Shown here: in pieces, positions 10,653 through 19,851 of the stretch
Position numbering within the stretch: position 1 is the stretch's first letter
How the letters are laid out: each line of letters begins with the position of its first letter
From: Phycisphaerae bacterium
Lineage (GTDB): Bacteria; Planctomycetota; Phycisphaerae; UBA1845; Fen-1342
Assembly (NCBI GenBank): GCA_050115495.1
Contig: JASFQK010000031.1
Location: 1-64,000, forward strand
Direction: 5' to 3'
DNA length: 64,000 bases
Notes under the pieces: model-generated
The model's database searches: none
The model's input: only the letters and a program-made list of their open reading frames with translations
What the model was told of the DNA's origin: nothing
Program-made: the position numbers and the translations under genes

Positions 10653-12140
10653 CTAGCCGAGCAGGTTCAGGGCGTTCTGCGGGGCGGCGTTGGCGAGCCG
10701 CAGGACGTTGGTGGCCGACTGCTGGAGGATCTGCGCCCTGGTCAGGGCACTGGTCTCCGAGGCGAAGTCGGTGTCGCGGATGACTGACTCGGCCGCCGCG
10801 GTGTTTTCGAGGGTGACCTGCAGCGAGTTGGCCGTCGTCTCTAGCGTGTCCTTCTGGAAGGCGCCGAGCCGCCCGCGCAACTGGGCCACGTAGCTCTGGG
10901 CCGCACGCAGAATGGTCTGAGCCGTGGAGTAGTTCCCGCTGGACAGCGAGTTCGTCTGACCGGTGGCGATTGAGGACAGGAAGCCCCACTGACCGTCACC
11001 GAGCGAGCCGGTGTCCACGGCCTGGATGCCCAGGCTGGCCAGGCCGGCCAGTTCGGCCGTCGGCGAGATCATGAAGTCCGCCCCGCCGCCGGTGATGTCG
11101 AACGCGCGGTACTGGTTCAGCGCCGTGGCAGTGACGGGGTCGTTGCCCAGCGTACCGAACTCAGCCGTCAGCGTGATATCCACACTAAGGGCTTGCGTCC
11201 GCATGCTGGCCTGCAAACCGTCCGTGATCGCCTGGACGCCGTTGATCTTCACCGACGCATCCCGGCCGGCGTCGACATGGTCGCCCTGGTCGCCCATGGA
11301 GAGGTTCGACTCGAAATTCGTGCCGCCGTTGTCCAGCACCTTCACCCGCACGAACTGCGACGAGCCGTACTGCGTGCTGTTGATACGCAGACCGCTGCTG
11401 TCCGCGGAGATGGTGGCGGACACGCCGGTGAGCCCGGTGCTCTGGTTGATCGCCGTCTGGACCTCGGAGAGCGAGGTGCCGGAGCCGAACGTGAGCACTT
11501 CGGTCCCCAGGGCTCCCGTGACCTGGAAGGTGACCGAGTTACCCGAGCCGGTGCCGACGATCTCCGTGCCGGCGAAGGTCAGCTCGGCGAGGTTGGCCGA
11601 ACCGGTCACCTGCACGGTGACGGTGCGGAACCCGCCGTTGGGGATCTTTGCGGCGTTGATGGTGACGTTCTGGAAGTAGTTACTGGCCGTCACCACCCCA
11701 GACGTCGTATAGCCCAGGTCGCCGGAGAGGAGCTTGCGCCCCTGAAACTCCGTGCTGTTGGCGATGCGGTTGATCGAATCGAGGATCGTATCGATCTGGA
11801 GCTGGTTCGCATCCCGCTCGTCAACACTGATGCCGGCCTCGTTGGCGCTGCGGTCAACGAGATCCTCCAGTTCGAGTAGGAGCTTGTTGATCTCGACCAG
11901 TCCGCCCTCCGCCGAGGCGACGACGTTATTGGCCCGCGTGATGTTGGTCAGCGCGGACTGAATAGCCGTCTTTTCGGCGCGGAGGTTTTCGGATGCGATC
12001 AGGCCCGCCGGGTCGTCCTTGCCCGTGTTGATGCGGTAACCTGTGCTCAACCGGTACAGCGACGTGTTCAGCTCGTTGGTCTGGTGAACCAGGACGCGCT
12101 GTGCGACGAGCGACTGGATGTTGGTGTTGATACGGCTCAT
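10653..12140 (-). CDS. fliC: Flagellin (probable major filament subunit)
   Basis: MSRINTNI..RLSTGYRIN..KDDPAGL N-terminus; AESVIRDTDFA.E...LTRAQIL C-terminus; own promoter candidate and terminator. Confidence 0.95.
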   Translation of the reverse strand: MSRINTNIQSLVAQRVLVHQTNELNTSLYRLSTGYRINTGKDDPAGLIASENLRAEKTAIQSALTNITRANNVVASAEGGLVEINKLLLELEDLVDRSANEAGISVDERDANQLQIDTILDSINRIANSTEFQGRKLLSGDLGYTTSGVVTASNYFQNVTINAAKIPNGGFRTVTVQVTGSANLAELTFAGTEIVGTGSGNSVTFQVTGALGTEVLTFGSGTSLSEVQTAINQSTGLTGVSATISADSSGLRINSTQYGSSQFVRVKVLDNGGTNFESNLSMGDQGDHVDAGRDASVKINGVQAITDGLQASMRTQALSVDITLTAEFGTLGNDPVTATALNQYRAFDITGGGADFMISPTAELAGLASLGIQAVDTGSLGDGQWGFLSSIATGQTNSLSSGNYSTAQTILRAAQSYVAQLRGRLGAFQKDTLETTANSLQVTLENTAAAESVIRDTDFASETSALTRAQILQQSATNVLRLANAAPQNALNLLG

Positions 12141-12267
12141 GGAACGACGCCTCCAAGGGCGAACCTGGCGTTGCCTTACAGGGTTCTCTGCGGGCCACCG
12201 CCCACTGCCTCATCCTCGAAGCGGTGCCGACCGGACCGACCGGCCACGTTTCCCTGTTGACACTGAG

Positions 12268-12295
12268 GAATCGTCCCGACGTGCAGGAGGCTTTA
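12268..12295 (-). promoter_or_regulatory. Sigma28 (FliA)-type promoter candidate
   Basis: Minus strand TAAA-N16-GACGATTC versus consensus TAAA-N15/16-GCCGATAA, about 130 nt upstream of flagellin. Confidence 0.6.
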
Positions 12296-12426
12296 GTTAA
12301 AAGACCCGCGCCACTATGCACACAGGGCCCCGGGGCGGCCTTTGCCGCCAACCCGGGGCCCTGCCGGCGTACCCGCCGCGGGAAGCGAGCTTTTTATCGG
12401 GCGCCCATGGGCGGCGCCCCTCACTC

Positions 12427-13857
12427 CTAGCCGCCCAGGAGGCTTAACACCATCTGCGGCGTCTGGTTCGCGATGGACAGCGAAGCCGTGCCGGCGTTCA
12501 CCAGAACCTGGTTCCGCGTCAGTTGCGACGTCTCATAGGCGAAGTCCGCGTCGCGAATCGTCGATTCCGCCGCGACCAGATTCTCCATGGTGATGCCGAG
12601 CTGGTTCATGTTCGTCTGGAGCGTGTTCCGTTCGAACGCGCCCAGCCGGCCACGCAGGATCGACACCTGCCGGATCGCCTCGTCCACGATGCGGGAGGCC
12701 GCCGTGTACTCCCCGGCCACGAGCGAATTCTCCTCGCCGGTCTTCACCTGTGACAGGTAACCCAGCGAGGCGTTGCCCAGCCGCGACGGGGCGATCGACT
12801 GCACGCCAATGTTAACCTGCAGGTTCGTGTTCACCCGCGGGCCGACCTGGAACAGGGCCCCGCCTTCGGTGATGGCGAACTCCGTCTGGCCCAAGCCGAA
12901 GTGGTTCGCCAGGGTCAGCTCGATGTCGAGGGTCGAGGTCTTCAGCGTCAGGCGGTTGCCGTCGCCGATGCACTCGGCCCCGTTGATGGCCGCCCCGGCA
13001 TCCCGGCCGTAGTCCCGGGTGTAGGCGGAACCGTCAACATCAAACATCTCGAAGGGACCGCCGCCGGGCAGGGCCTTGACCGACACGAACTGCCGGCTAC
13101 CCAGCCCCTCGCTCTGCATGTAGAACCCGGCCGTCGGGTCCGCCGACAGGACGGCGTTCACGCCGGTCGAGTCGGCCACGGCATTGATGCCCTGGACGAT
13201 CATGGACGCGGTCGTGCCCGAGCCGAACGAGAGCGTGGTCACCCCCAGGTTGCCCTGGATTTCGAGCGTGACGGCGCTGGTCAGCACCCCATTGGGGTAG
13301 TACAGCTCGGCGTGCTGGGCGGACGTGGTGACGTCAACGCGGACCGGCACGTAGGGACGCGAGCCGAACTGAGCACCGTTGATCGCCAGTTGCACGACGT
13401 TGTCGACGGAGACACCGCTGGTCACGTAGTCGAGCGTGCCGTTGAGCAGGTAACGGCCGGCGAACGTGGTCGAGTTCGCGATGCGCTCGATGCTGGAGAT
13501 CGCGGAGTCGATCTGCAACTGGTTGGCCTTGATCTCATCTTCCGAGAGGGCACCCTCGTTGGCGGCCTCGATGATCAGGCCCTGGATATCACTGAGCAGG
13601 CTGGAGACCTCGTCGAGGGCCCCTTCCGTGGTGGCGATGATCAGCCCGGCGCGTTGCGTATTGGTAATCGCCTTGCTGACGGCGCCGACCTCGGCCCGCA
13701 GATGCTCGGACACGATCAGACCGGCCGGATCGTCCTTGCCATGGTTGATGCGCAGGCCGGTGCTGAGGCGCTCGAGCGTACTGTTGAGCGTTCTGTACGA
13801 CGTATTCAGGTGCCGTTGTGCGACAACGGCAGCGACGTTCGAGTTAATACGAGCCAT
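12427..13857 (-). CDS. fliC: Flagellin (second paralog)
   Basis: MARINSNV..RLSTGLRIN..KDDPAGL; AESTIRDADFA.E...LTRNQVL. Confidence 0.93.
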   Translation of the reverse strand: MARINSNVAAVVAQRHLNTSYRTLNSTLERLSTGLRINHGKDDPAGLIVSEHLRAEVGAVSKAITNTQRAGLIIATTEGALDEVSSLLSDIQGLIIEAANEGALSEDEIKANQLQIDSAISSIERIANSTTFAGRYLLNGTLDYVTSGVSVDNVVQLAINGAQFGSRPYVPVRVDVTTSAQHAELYYPNGVLTSAVTLEIQGNLGVTTLSFGSGTTASMIVQGINAVADSTGVNAVLSADPTAGFYMQSEGLGSRQFVSVKALPGGGPFEMFDVDGSAYTRDYGRDAGAAINGAECIGDGNRLTLKTSTLDIELTLANHFGLGQTEFAITEGGALFQVGPRVNTNLQVNIGVQSIAPSRLGNASLGYLSQVKTGEENSLVAGEYTAASRIVDEAIRQVSILRGRLGAFERNTLQTNMNQLGITMENLVAAESTIRDADFAYETSQLTRNQVLVNAGTASLSIANQTPQMVLSLLGG

Positions 13858-13860
13858 TGG

Positions 13861-13877
13861 CCATCCTCCTTGAACGG
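13861..13877 (-). promoter_or_regulatory. Candidate CsrA-binding hairpin overlapping the flagellin Shine-Dalgarno sequence
   Basis: mRNA CCGUUC-AAGGA-GGAUGG: 6-bp stem (2 G-U pairs) with ANGGA in the loop, 3 nt before the start codon. Confidence 0.55.
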
Positions 13878-13938
13878 TTCGTGGCTTTGCCTCTGAATTC
13901 GGAGACCGGTTGAAGGATACGGGTGGTGGCGAGCCGGC

Positions 13939-14184
13939 TTATCGGGCTCTCTTGCCGTTGCGCAGCGGGGGTGCGGCCACCTTGGCCAGATCCTCCGCCT
14001 CCACGGCAGAAGCCTTGCGGTTCTCGCGCTGAATGGCGTCGTACACTTCCTTGCGATGCACGGGTATCTCTGCGGGGGCGATAATTCCCAGCCGGACCTT
14101 GTCCCCCCGAATATCGACGACCGTGATTTGCACGTTGTCGCCGATGATGATCGATTCGTCTCGTTGTCTTGAGAGCACCAACAT
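13939..14184 (-). CDS. csrA: Carbon storage regulator CsrA
   Basis: [46 protein letters not shown]. Confidence 0.97.
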   Translation of the reverse strand: MLVLSRQRDESIIIGDNVQITVVDIRGDKVRLGIIAPAEIPVHRKEVYDAIQRENRKASAVEAEDLAKVAAPPLRNGKRAR

Positions 14185-14400
14185 CCGCGGCTCCTTCCTG
14201 GATTGTGCCGATGCCTGGTCTGTCAGCGGGCGTCCTCGGATCAGCGAAGGTCACCCGACAGGTGTTGGACGTTCGATCGTCGGCCGGCCGCACTGCCGGC
14301 ATGGCAGCGGGCCGCAGCGCTGGCGAAGGCTGCCCTGGCCACTCGCTCAGACTCATTATAACCGACGTTCCCATCACAACACCGCTCCGTTCGTTCCGTT

Positions 14401-14850
14401 TTAGGCGGTCTTGGCGACCGGCTCCGCAGTACTCGCCGGCACCAGCGGGTGCCGCGTGTCGTACCGCTTGTCCGACAGGACGAGCTGCTTGCCCAGCAGC
14501 GAGCCGGCCCCGATAACCAGGGGACCGAGCAGGTTCGCCGTCAGGTGACCCTTCACCTTGTTCACGATCACCAGCACCTGGCAATCGTTCAGCTCGTCCA
14601 TCTGCAGCGTCTGCAGGTCATCACGCCGCACCGGAACCTGGTAGTCCGGCACGAACGCCACCGGGTCGCAGACGACGAACGCCAGGCCCGGATCGTCGAC
14701 CGACTGCAACCAGAAGAAGACCGGGTCCGGCGACGTCTGCACCAGAGCGAACCGCCGGTGGCCAGGAAACCCCAGCAGTCCGTTCTGGAAGGTGATGATT
14801 CTGGCGCCGTCCACTTCCAAGGGTCCAAACCGTTTCGTGTTGATGAGCAT
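14401..14850 (-). CDS. fliW: Flagellar assembly factor FliW
   Basis: MLINTKRFG..ITF..GLLGF..F.WLQS.DDP.LAFVV.DP..F...Y..TANLLGP.VI; start set at ATG 14850. Confidence 0.92.
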   Translation of the reverse strand: MLINTKRFGPLEVDGARIITFQNGLLGFPGHRRFALVQTSPDPVFFWLQSVDDPGLAFVVCDPVAFVPDYQVPVRRDDLQTLQMDELNDCQVLVIVNKVKGHLTANLLGPLVIGAGSLLGKQLVLSDKRYDTRHPLVPASTAEPVAKTA

Positions 14851-15083
14851 CCTTTTGCTCCCGTGGCTCTTGCCAGTCCGGATCACCCGACGATCGGTGG
14901 GACCGCCTCTACTGGGCGCGTCCGCGAACCGTTGCCGGGGCGGGCTCTCCGTCCGCCCAACCCGCCTCTTGCGGGTCACCGGGGAGACTGCGACGGTCGA
15001 GCCACCGGGACCCGCCGCAGCCGCCTATGTCGCCCTTTCCAGACCTCCGCCGACCCGCCACTGCGGGCCGTGACCTGCACTTC

Positions 15084-16994
15084 CTACAGGTAGTCGATCA
15101 GCGAGAGATTCATGATCTGCGTCGACGTGGACAGGTTCGCCTGCAGCGCAGTCTGCACCTGTTGGAAGCGGACCACAGCGTCGGCCAGGTCCACGTCGCG
15201 GACGTCGCTCAGCAGCACTCGGGCCGCCGTCACTTCGTCTTCCATGCGGGTCATGCGCATGTCCATGGTTTTGGCATGCGAGGCCATCCGGCCCTGCACC
15301 TCTCGCATTCGCTTCAGGGCGTTTTCCAATCGCTCGGCCGCAAAGCCGATGTTCCGCGTGTCGTCGTGCTGCAGGGCGTCCCGCAGCTCCAGCAGCGACG
15401 TGAAGCCGCTGTCCACGCGGAGGGGGTTCACGTCCCGTCCCGCGAGCGTGTCGCCCGTGGCCGTGACGTCCAGACCCAGCCCGTCCAGGGCCGGGGAGAG
15501 ATTCACGCGCTCGACGCGGAACGTGCCCGCGCCCGCCGTTTGATCCGTTATCACCAGTCCGTTGCCCGTCGCCGCCAGGCTGGCCGTCACCGCGCCCCCA
15601 CCCTGCGCGTTGATCAGGTCCACCACTTCCGCCAGCGTCGTGGCCCCGGACACATCCACTTCGATCTCGCTGCCGTCGGCCGTCACGAACCGCAGGTCCG
15701 CCCCATCGATCGTCTCGACCCCGCGTCCGTCGTTCAGTTCCGACAGCGTTGTTCCGCCGTGCAGCGTGCGCAGCCCCAGGGCCGTCGCCAGTTGCCCGCC
15801 ATTCTCCTCGATGGTCAGGTCGCTGCCCGAAATCCGGTTCAGCACCTCGATCGTGCGGCCGTCGCTGGCCAGGCGGGCCCAGACCCCCACGTCCGCCTGG
15901 TTCATCAGGTTCAGCACGTCCTCGACCGTCTCGGCGTTGCTGAAGTCCAGCGTCGCCGACTGTGATCCGTTGCGGATGGTCAAGCTGTCGGCCACGTTGA
16001 TGCCCAGTCCGCCGGCCAGGTCGGTCACGCGCGTCCGCAGCGTGACCTTCGGATCGAGGTCGGACCCCGCCCCGGCGAGCATCAGCCCCTCGGCCGCCAG
16101 CCCCAGGTCGCGGGCCGTCTGCCCGCCGTCCAGGTCGCGTACCGTCACCGGCTGCGCCCCCAGCGCGTCACCGATGGTGATTCCGCGATCATCGAGGGCA
16201 GCGACCAGGTTACCCGGCATATCCGCGTTCAGCTTGTCCAGCACGTCGCCGACCGTGTCGGCGCCGCTCAGATCAATGTAAGCCTCTTCGTTCCCGTCAC
16301 TGACCAGGATCCGCCCCAGCGTCACCCCGCCGCCGGTTGTACCCCGCAGATCGCTGATGCGCGTGTCGACCGTGAGCGCCGCATCCAGGTCCACCACGCC
16401 GGCGACCGTGGCCCGCGTGGCGGCGAAGAACTCGGCACCGGAGATGGTGAACGAGTCCTGGCTCATGTCGGTATCCACGATCGTGTAGCTCCGGCCCTCG
16501 TCACCGCGATACAGCACGCCGTCCTCGGTCAGCTCGAACGGAACGTCGTCCGTGTAGTGACCGGAGAACAGGTACATGTCCATGTACCGGCGGTTGCCCA
16601 CCGCGATGAGCTGATCCAGCACGCTGTCCACCACGATGGCCAGCGCCTCACGCTCGTCCGCACCCACCGTGTCGCCCACGGTCTCGGACGCGACCGAGCT
16701 GACGTCCATCAGCAGGTTGACCGCGTCGAGCATCGCCCCTTCGCTGAGCGTCAGGGCGTTGTTGGCATGCAGCAGGTTCTGCTGGATCTGATCGATCTGG
16801 TCCAACTGGCGATCGACGGCCCCCACCGCCGTCGCTCCCAGCGGATCGTCGCTCGGCCGGGCGATACGTAGCCCGGTGGAGAGCTGGTTCTGGACGCGGA
16901 ACAGACTGGTGGTGTTGGCCCGCACCGACTCGAGCAGGTTGAACGCCCGCAGGTTCTGGCTGACGCGTGCCAAGTTGATCGGGATAACTGCCAT
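15084..16994 (-). CDS. flgL: Flagellar hook-associated protein 3 FlgL, extended
   Basis: QNQLSTGLRIARPSDDP, YLFSG, DVDLADAV..QTALQA termini; located downstream of flgK. Confidence 0.85.
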   Translation of the reverse strand: MAVIPINLARVSQNLRAFNLLESVRANTTSLFRVQNQLSTGLRIARPSDDPLGATAVGAVDRQLDQIDQIQQNLLHANNALTLSEGAMLDAVNLLMDVSSVASETVGDTVGADEREALAIVVDSVLDQLIAVGNRRYMDMYLFSGHYTDDVPFELTEDGVLYRGDEGRSYTIVDTDMSQDSFTISGAEFFAATRATVAGVVDLDAALTVDTRISDLRGTTGGGVTLGRILVSDGNEEAYIDLSGADTVGDVLDKLNADMPGNLVAALDDRGITIGDALGAQPVTVRDLDGGQTARDLGLAAEGLMLAGAGSDLDPKVTLRTRVTDLAGGLGINVADSLTIRNGSQSATLDFSNAETVEDVLNLMNQADVGVWARLASDGRTIEVLNRISGSDLTIEENGGQLATALGLRTLHGGTTLSELNDGRGVETIDGADLRFVTADGSEIEVDVSGATTLAEVVDLINAQGGGAVTASLAATGNGLVITDQTAGAGTFRVERVNLSPALDGLGLDVTATGDTLAGRDVNPLRVDSGFTSLLELRDALQHDDTRNIGFAAERLENALKRMREVQGRMASHAKTMDMRMTRMEDEVTAARVLLSDVRDVDLADAVVRFQQVQTALQANLSTSTQIMNLSLIDYL

Positions 16995-17137
16995 GGTCTG
17001 TTCCGTACTACGCGCCCCAGCGCGACAAACCCCGGATGATCGCGCACGATGGCTTGCGGCCGCTTCGCGACCTTCTTGTGCAAGTCCACCGTCCGTGATC
17101 CATCCGTGGGTACATGTTCTGCCTTCTGTTTTTCAGG

Positions 17138-18865
17138 TTACGTCACCAGCGAGAGCACCTCGTAGGTCAAATCGTCCAGAACCGTCAGGTAACGGGCCAC
17201 GCCCTGGTAGGCGCGCTCGTATCTCGTCAGATTGATCGCTTCCTCGTCCAGGCTCACCCCGGACACCGCCTCCCGTTGCGCGTTCAGACTGCTGTATACC
17301 GCGTCGGCCGCCTCGTACGCCGTCGCCGCCGACGAGGTCTTGATGGCCACGTCGTTCACCATGGCCGCGTGGAAGTCTTCGGCCGTCTGATTGTTCAGCA
17401 GGGTCGAGGCCGTCTCGCCCAGCGCCGCGAAGCGCCCGGCGTTGTCGCCGTCGTTGGCTGCTCCGGACAGCGAGGCGGCGATCAGCCGCGGATCGCTCCA
17501 CACGTCATCAGCCACCGAGATCGTCGCCGCGTCCACGCCGGTCAGCATGGCCCCGACGCCCAGCGCCGCCAGCGCCCCCGAGCTGTCCTCGCTGAACCAC
17601 ACTTCCGAGCCCGCCCCGGCGTCGATCTGCAACCGCCGATCCGTCGTGACCGCGGCCGTCAGGCCGGGCACGTCGTTGAGGGCAGCCGCCAGGCTGGCCA
17701 GCGTTGTGTCCTCGTCGCCAGCCACGTTGGGATCGTCGATCCCGTCCAGGTCCACCTCGATCAGCCGGGTGATCTCCTGGCCCGTGTCCTGGTTGCGCAC
17801 GTGCACGATGAACGAGCCGTTCTCCAGCGGGAAGGGCAGGTCCGCCGCGCTGCTGTCCAGCGCCGCATCGACGTCCTTGACCGCGTACGCCCCCGTGATC
17901 GACTCGTAGCCGACCAGGCCCCGCCCCGTCGACTGCACGCGATTGATCTCGTAGATCAGTCCCCGAGCCAACTGGTCGAGCCTGTCGATCTGGTCGAGCA
18001 GGTGCTCTTCCCGGCTCTCGAGCTGCGCCCCCAGCGTTCCGTTCTTGACGAGCACCAGGCCGTTGTTGTCGCTGAAGCGCACCGTGGCCTGTTCCAGCCC
18101 GTCCACCTGTTCCGTCTCGACCGACAGCCCGCGCGAACGGTTGAACTCCACGAGCGGCTCGCTGCCCACGTAGACGTTCACCGCCCCGTTGCTCTGCTCG
18201 TGCACCTGGATGTCCATCAGCCCGGCCAGCTCACGCAGCAGCGTGTCGCGCCGATCCCGCAACGGCGAGCCGAACCCCGCCCCGCGCGATTCCTGCACGA
18301 CCACCGTCTCGTTGAGCCCGGCGATCTCGTCGGCGATGGCCGCCGCCCGGTTCGCCGCCTGCTCGATGCTGACGTTCATCGTGACGGCCTGATCGACGAC
18401 CGCCGCCCGCTGCCGCTGCAACGACTGCGTCACGCGGTCCATGGCCGCAATGACCAGGTTCCGCGTGGGCATTTCGTCCGGATCGTTCTGCATCGCCGCG
18501 AAGGCGTTGTAGAGCTCGGTCAGTTCGGTCGACAGGTCGTAGTCGGTAAGTTCGTAGTAGAGCGTCTCGAGGTCGCTGAGCGTTTGGTGCGACGATTCGG
18601 CCGCCGCCCGCTGGCCCAGGGCCGTCCGCAGCCGCGACTCGATCGCTTCATCGACGTGGCGCTCGAGGGCCGACAGCACGACGCCGCCGCCCGGGGCCAC
18701 GCCGCCCAGCGTCACGCCGCCTTCCAGCGCGCTGAGCCGCCCCGTCTGCCGCGAGTAGTCCGCGTTGCCGACGTTGGCGATATTCTGGCCGCTGATGGCA
18801 ATCGCCGACTGATACGCGGCCAGCGCGCTACGGCCAATCTGGAATGAAGCACCCAACAACGCCAC
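17138..18865 (-). CDS. flgK: Flagellar hook-associated protein FlgK
   Basis: GQNIANV...YSRQ, LRDRRD.LL.EL, SGVSLDEEAINL..YERAYQ. Confidence 0.93.
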   Translation of the reverse strand: MALLGASFQIGRSALAAYQSAIAISGQNIANVGNADYSRQTGRLSALEGGVTLGGVAPGGGVVLSALERHVDEAIESRLRTALGQRAAAESSHQTLSDLETLYYELTDYDLSTELTELYNAFAAMQNDPDEMPTRNLVIAAMDRVTQSLQRQRAAVVDQAVTMNVSIEQAANRAAAIADEIAGLNETVVVQESRGAGFGSPLRDRRDTLLRELAGLMDIQVHEQSNGAVNVYVGSEPLVEFNRSRGLSVETEQVDGLEQATVRFSDNNGLVLVKNGTLGAQLESREEHLLDQIDRLDQLARGLIYEINRVQSTGRGLVGYESITGAYAVKDVDAALDSSAADLPFPLENGSFIVHVRNQDTGQEITRLIEVDLDGIDDPNVAGDEDTTLASLAAALNDVPGLTAAVTTDRRLQIDAGAGSEVWFSEDSSGALAALGVGAMLTGVDAATISVADDVWSDPRLIAASLSGAANDGDNAGRFAALGETASTLLNNQTAEDFHAAMVNDVAIKTSSAATAYEAADAVYSSLNAQREAVSGVSLDEEAINLTRYERAYQGVARYLTVLDDLTYEVLSLVT

Positions 18866-18868
18866 GGC

Positions 18869-19435
18869 TTACCCTACCGCGTCCACCCAGGACCGCACGT
18901 TGCGTGATTCGTGTTGTCCCTGGGGTCCGTACACCACTGTCTCCTGTTGGTCTTTCGCCAACGTGGCGAAGACCGCACGAATATGCGTTTGCAGGTTCTG
19001 TGCCACGCGTGCCACCAGCGCGTTTTTCTCTTGCAACTGCGCCGCCGCACACTGCAAACCCACGCTCCTGGCCCTGAAAACCGAGGAAAGCGGCTCTGGC
19101 AATTGCCGGCATACTTCCCCGAGCGTTCGTGGCGGGGCCAGGTCAGTCGGCAAGCCCTGCGCGATGCGCGCAAAGATTGCCGTTCGCCGCTGCCGTACGC
19201 GTGACACCTCGGCCAGCAGATCTGACTCTCTCACGGAGCAGCTCTGCATCCGCTGCGTGTCCGCCGTCTTGATGGCCGCCAGCTTCTCTTCCGCCTGCCC
19301 CAGCAACTGCCGCAGCAGCCCCTGGAGGGCCGCCAGGTTCTCGTTCAGTTCCGCCGCACACGCCGCCAGTGCTGCGCTGGGCGTCTCGTCCGGCTGGGCG
19401 TGCAGGGCAATCGTCGGTAGACCGTTACGTGTCAT
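18869..19435 (-). CDS. flgN: Flagellar export chaperone FlgN-like protein
   Basis: Helical protein between flgJ and flgK; 'LQEKNALV' and 'YGPQG' near the C-terminus. Confidence 0.65.
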   Translation of the reverse strand: MTRNGLPTIALHAQPDETPSAALAACAAELNENLAALQGLLRQLLGQAEEKLAAIKTADTQRMQSCSVRESDLLAEVSRVRQRRTAIFARIAQGLPTDLAPPRTLGEVCRQLPEPLSSVFRARSVGLQCAAAQLQEKNALVARVAQNLQTHIRAVFATLAKDQQETVVYGPQGQHESRNVRSWVDAVG

Positions 19436-19842
19436 CGTGTCTGACCCTCCGCCATCTCTTGAAGCTGCTTCAGCGTGGACCAGCAGACCCCCGGCCAGGT
19501 CCTCGTGCTCTTCGGCTGCTCCGCCTCGACCTGCGCCTCCGCCTGCGGCATCTGCGCGCTCTCGGGCGACAGGTACTTCGCGATCTGCGTCACGAGCCCG
19601 CCCTGGTCGGCGTTGGCCGCCGCATCGGCCAGCAGTTCGTCGAGCCGCTCCCCAAACACCTCTTCACCGCGACCGCCCCCACCGATCTCCCCACCAAACG
19701 GCGATGCCCGCATCTCGGCCAGCAGCGGCTTGAAGAACAGCTCCGAGACCATCTGCGCCGCGGTCCGGCGAACCAGCACCGGATCGTGCGGGTCGAGCGG
19801 CGTAGCCGCCGAGGAAGCAGATTGGATGGCCGATACGCTCAT
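19432..19842 (-). CDS. flgJ: FlgJ-like rod-binding protein (no muramidase domain)
   Basis: 136 aa; ELFFKPLLAEMRAS..GGGRGEEVFGERLDE..GL..QI; position directly after flgI. Confidence 0.7.
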   Translation of the reverse strand: MSVSAIQSASSAATPLDPHDPVLVRRTAAQMVSELFFKPLLAEMRASPFGGEIGGGGRGEEVFGERLDELLADAAANADQGGLVTQIAKYLSPESAQMPQAEAQVEAEQPKSTRTWPGVCWSTLKQLQEMAEGQTR

Positions 19843-19851
19843 GTCCGCGAC

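Noticed and set aside
1..17110. Similar short motifs TCTGTGTTCATCCGTG (1-16) and TCCGTGATCCATCCGTG (~17092-17108)
   Set aside because: Only two short, imperfect copies, one cut by the window edge. Not enough to call a repeat family.
19432..19842. Short FlgJ as a possible pseudogene
   Set aside because: Single-domain FlgJ proteins lacking the muramidase domain are known in many phyla, and this ORF is intact and coupled to its neighbours.
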